Virus record (IMG/VR): IMGVR_UViG_3300045974_000166
Span: 96,001-160,000 of that record
DNA from: a virus
Length of the DNA stretch: 64,000 nt
Reading direction: 5' to 3' (one strand)
The notes under the pieces are model-generated. The model saw only the letters and a program-made list of their open reading frames with translations. It ran no database searches and was not told the DNA's origin. This document shows positions 61,669 through 64,000 of the stretch, piece after piece. Position numbers and translations under genes: made by a program. Every line of letters begins with the position of its first letter. Position 1 is the stretch's first letter.

Positions 61669-61743
61669 GCCCAGTTATTTCAGTGGTAGTAATAAATCTT
61701 TGGTAAGGATTAGACGGGGGTTCGATTCCCCCACAGGGCACCA
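61669..61743 (+). tRNA. tRNA-Thr(GGT)
   Basis: AATCT-TTGGTAA-GGATT, ACCA. Confidence 0.8.
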
Positions 61744-61749
61744 AATAAA

Positions 61750-61834
61750 GCGAATGTGGCGTAACTGGTAGCCGCGCTAGTCTAAGAAGCTAGTGGAGAA
61801 ATCCGTGTCGGTTCGAGTCCGACCATTCGCACCA
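61750..61834 (+). tRNA. tRNA-Leu(AAG)
   Basis: CTAGT-CTAAGAA-GCTAG, long variable arm, ACCA. Confidence 0.88.
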
Positions 61835-61840
61835 TATTAA

Positions 61841-61869
61841 TGTACACATACTTCTGAGTATAGTATAAT
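61841..61869 (+). promoter_or_regulatory. Early promoter variant
   Basis: TGTACAcata-17nt-TATAAT. Confidence 0.7.
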
Positions 61870-61895
61870 GAACTATCTAAATTCAAAAGATTGTC

Positions 61896-62255
61896 ATGCT
61901 TTTAACATCTCTTATTGTCAGTGTTCACCTTTTAAGTCTTCACGATGCGCCTGGATTTCAGGCCGTTACTCCCGGACTTAGTATTCGTGAACCCGAAACT
62001 GGTTTGACTGTTGGGATACTCAAAAATTCCGAAGGCGGAGATTCAGTATTCGCCGGCAAACTTATGGAACACAAAAACTATGGACTATTCATTGGTGCAA
62101 TCACAGGATACAAATCTGCATCTGTGCTCCCAATGGTTGTCCCTAGTTACAAAATTAACCTAGCCAATGATGTTAATCTGCGGTTTAGTTATTTGGCCAA
62201 GGTTAACTCCAATGGCGCAAATGCAATTCACTTTTCAATTGAAAAGAAATTTTAA
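61896..62255 (+). CDS. Small outer-membrane beta-barrel-like protein
   Basis: H..S.H...PGL, G..KNS...S.F.G, G.F.GA.TGY, P.V.PSY, terminal Phe. Confidence 0.55.
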   Translation: MLLTSLIVSVHLLSLHDAPGFQAVTPGLSIREPETGLTVGILKNSEGGDSVFAGKLMEHKNYGLFIGAITGYKSASVLPMVVPSYKINLANDVNLRFSYLAKVNSNGANAIHFSIEKKF

Positions 62256-62353
62256 TCAAGGAAAATCAAAATGAAAACTAGTAAACGCTAGTGTCATTAC
62301 TCAACCCCGTGTAGGTTCTGTGATGGCACGTAAAAGAAATTTTATACACATCA

Positions 62354-62428
62354 CCACCCTAAACTTTGATAGTGAAGTCCGGCCTCTTAAGCCGAGAGAA
62401 CTCAGTGCAATTCTGAGAGAGTGGACCA
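62354..62428 (+). tRNA. tRNA-Lys(CTT)
   Basis: Loop CTCTTAA, ACCA; T loop TGCAATT. Confidence 0.75.
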
Positions 62429-62433
62429 TACAC

Positions 62434-62507
62434 GGGGTTGAAACTTTAAAGTGAAGTACCGGTCTTTTAAACCGGCTAATTCGGAGCGTTACCGAACTAC
62501 CCTACCA
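62434..62507 (+). tRNA. tRNA-Lys(TTT)
   Basis: CCGGT-CTTTTAA-ACCGG, ACCA; T loop AGCGTTA. Confidence 0.72.
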
Positions 62508-62605
62508 TATCTAAATACACTATCGTTTGATCAACGACGCTTGGAGCTACCGGAACAGCATGCACCGGGTGAGGTTCGATTCCTCTAGTGTATTTAGATA
62601 TGGTA
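62503..62605 (+). ncRNA. Cassette enclosed by a perfect 20-bp stem overlapping both flanking tRNAs
   Basis: TACCATATCTAAATACACTA / TAGTGTATTTAGATATGGTA; interior ends in GAGG-TTCGATT-CCTC. Confidence 0.55.
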
Positions 62606-62676
62606 CAGTAGCATTAAGATAATGCAACATCTTCATACGGTGTCCTAAGTGGGTTTGATTCCCACCCGTACCACCA
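62602..62676 (+). tRNA. tRNA-Met/Ile2(CAT)
   Basis: ACATC-TTCATAC-GGTGT, ACCA. Confidence 0.75.
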
Positions 62677-62707
62677 AATTTGTCTACTATATTGTCACCG
62701 TTAAGCC

Positions 62708-62739
62708 AAAAGCCAAGATGTTAATTCGTCTTGGCTTTT
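62708..62739. terminator. Terminator-like hairpin closing the tRNA array
   Basis: AAAAGCCAAGA...TCTTGGCTTTT. Confidence 0.7.
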
Positions 62740-62828
62740 AAAGTATCTGAAATATGTATTTCAATCTATATCAGAGGTAATATAGTGTACTATGTACGGC
62801 ACCAGACCAAAAAAATCGACCGTTTTCT

Positions 62829-62836
62829 TATAAATA
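62829..62836 (+). promoter_or_regulatory. T4 late promoter (TATAAATA)
   Basis: Exact consensus upstream of ORF 62937. Confidence 0.65.
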
Positions 62837-62936
62837 CACAACAATGGGCTCACAAGGAACATTGTTCCTCCCATGTGGTTGTGAATACTTTACAACCATT
62901 GAATGGGCAGGATATTAATTCTAAAGGAGAATTAAA

Positions 62937-63629
62937 ATGGCAGATATCGTAACAGGTTCAGTAACTGGACAATTGGACGTAACATCATTAATCGAAGGTC
63001 ACTCAGACATTCGTCGTGAATCAGCACACCAAAGTGCTGACATTCGTAGAGAAAATGCTAAGGAAGCATCGGACGTTATTGATCAAATCAAGACTTCGGC
63101 ATGGGCAAATTCTGACCGTACAGGTACAGAAGCTGACCGCGTTGTTGCTCAAGAAACAGCATACTTCATTGCTGGTCAATCTCAAAACTTCTCTAATGCA
63201 ACCGCACTAGCAGCTCTAAAAGCTGGCACTGACATGCAGTTTGCAAACACTCTTGCAGCTATCAATTCATCTGCTCAGCAAGGTCAAGCAGCAACTGCTC
63301 TTGAAGGTGCTAAAAACGCTGCAGCAACAGCCCTAGGTCAAGCAAACATTACTAATGCAATTGCTACCGATGGTAATGCTACTCGCTCTTTGATCAATTC
63401 ATTGAAGATGGACGAATTGAATCGTGTTCTTGCAGAACGTCAAGCTGAAATTATTGAATATCGCGGTGACTCTCGTCACTACAGAGATGGTGTAAGCAAC
63501 TTGCAATCAGCAGCATTGTCAAATCAAATCAATGCTCTACATAGCCAATTCCAAGCCGCTACTCAAAAGACTGTGAACTTTGGAACAATGGGTGCAAATA
63601 CAAACACATCCTCAAACAATGTAGCATAA
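62937..63629 (+). CDS. Ala/Asn/Gln-rich coiled-coil hypothetical protein
   Basis: Strong RBS AAGGAG; monocistronic between late promoter and terminator. Confidence 0.75.
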   Translation: MADIVTGSVTGQLDVTSLIEGHSDIRRESAHQSADIRRENAKEASDVIDQIKTSAWANSDRTGTEADRVVAQETAYFIAGQSQNFSNATALAALKAGTDMQFANTLAAINSSAQQGQAATALEGAKNAAATALGQANITNAIATDGNATRSLINSLKMDELNRVLAERQAEIIEYRGDSRHYRDGVSNLQSAALSNQINALHSQFQAATQKTVNFGTMGANTNTSSNNVA

Positions 63630-63651
63630 AGCTATCTTATTATGATTTATA

Positions 63652-63682
63652 GGGTGGGAGAGAAATCTCCCACCTTTTTTTT
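63652..63682 (+). terminator. Rho-independent terminator
   Basis: GGTGGGAGA-GAAA-TCTCCCACC-TTTTTTTT. Confidence 0.9.
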
Positions 63683-63743
63683 GGTATAAACTATGATAAT
63701 ATTGTCATTAAATACTTGTTCTATGGCCAACATAACTAATATC

Positions 63744-64000
63744 ATGAAACCAACTATTCTATTCATTCTCAAACGTCGCGAAGATTACGACCAAGAGAAA
63801 CATTCACCACAGGGTTTGAGCACTGGCTTGTACAATTCTGCTTCATTCATGAGAGATATGCTACTTGCTGTCGGTGTAGATGCACGACTAGAAGTTGCAA
63901 TTGATAACAACTGTATTGATCGCCTAGTAACAAAGCATAAACCAACTCATGTGATTATAGAGGCTCTTTGGGTAGTACCTAGTAAATTTACAATTTTATC
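63744..64000 (+). CDS. Hypothetical protein, 3'-truncated (possibly glycosyltransferase-like)
   Basis: ILFILKRR....STGLYNSASF..DML...V.IDNNCIDR.V....PTHVIIEALWVVP.KF; open to window end. Confidence 0.6.
   Translation, partial: MKPTILFILKRREDYDQEKHSPQGLSTGLYNSASFMRDMLLAVGVDARLEVAIDNNCIDRLVTKHKPTHVIIEALWVVPSKFTIL

Noticed and set aside
62731-62952. 73-aa ORF upstream of the 62937 gene
   Set aside because: It spans a terminator hairpin and late promoter, has no RBS, and looks like intergenic sequence.
1-64000. Stop-codon reassignment (alternative genetic code)
   Set aside because: Core genes are full length in code 11, TAG/TGA/TAA all terminate genes (e.g. rSAM and HNH end in TAG), and there is no CUA or UCA suppressor tRNA.

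Overview
This 64 kb window comes from a large T4-like (Tevenvirinae-related) lytic dsDNA phage, almost certainly infecting a Gram-negative bacterium (probably a proteobacterium; inferred). Essentially all genes are on the + strand. Layout: (1) 1-19.9 kb late structural module (gp18, gp19, gp20, gp21, gp22, gp23, gp3), interspersed with large Lys/His-rich proteins punctuated by L/I-D-E motifs, a Dps-like gene and an RNA polymerase omega (rpoZ) homologue. (2) 20-27.4 kb uvsY, uvsW, primase, class II ribonucleotide reductase, GIY-YIG protein and lytic transglycosylase. (3) 27.4-33.2 kb an apparently intact RiPP-type biosynthetic cluster: radical SAM enzyme, double-glycine-leader Asn/Cys-rich precursor peptide, C39-peptidase ABC exporter and an outer-membrane beta-barrel. 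This is the most striking protein-coding finding. (4) 33.2-54.5 kb early accessory region of small ORFs driven by a conserved AATTTACACATA-N-TATAAT promoter, including PnuC/NadR NAD salvage and RNA-repair enzymes. (5) 54.5-62.7 kb RNA-gene island with about 32 tRNAs covering all 20 amino acids, three promoter leaders carrying a hairpin plus rrn-like boxA, an array of small RNA cassettes each clamped by a related long inverted repeat, a four-copy Y-RNA-like family (one with a circularly permuted tRNA module) and several larger structured ncRNA candidates. All calls were made by eye from motifs and synteny; no database searches were run.
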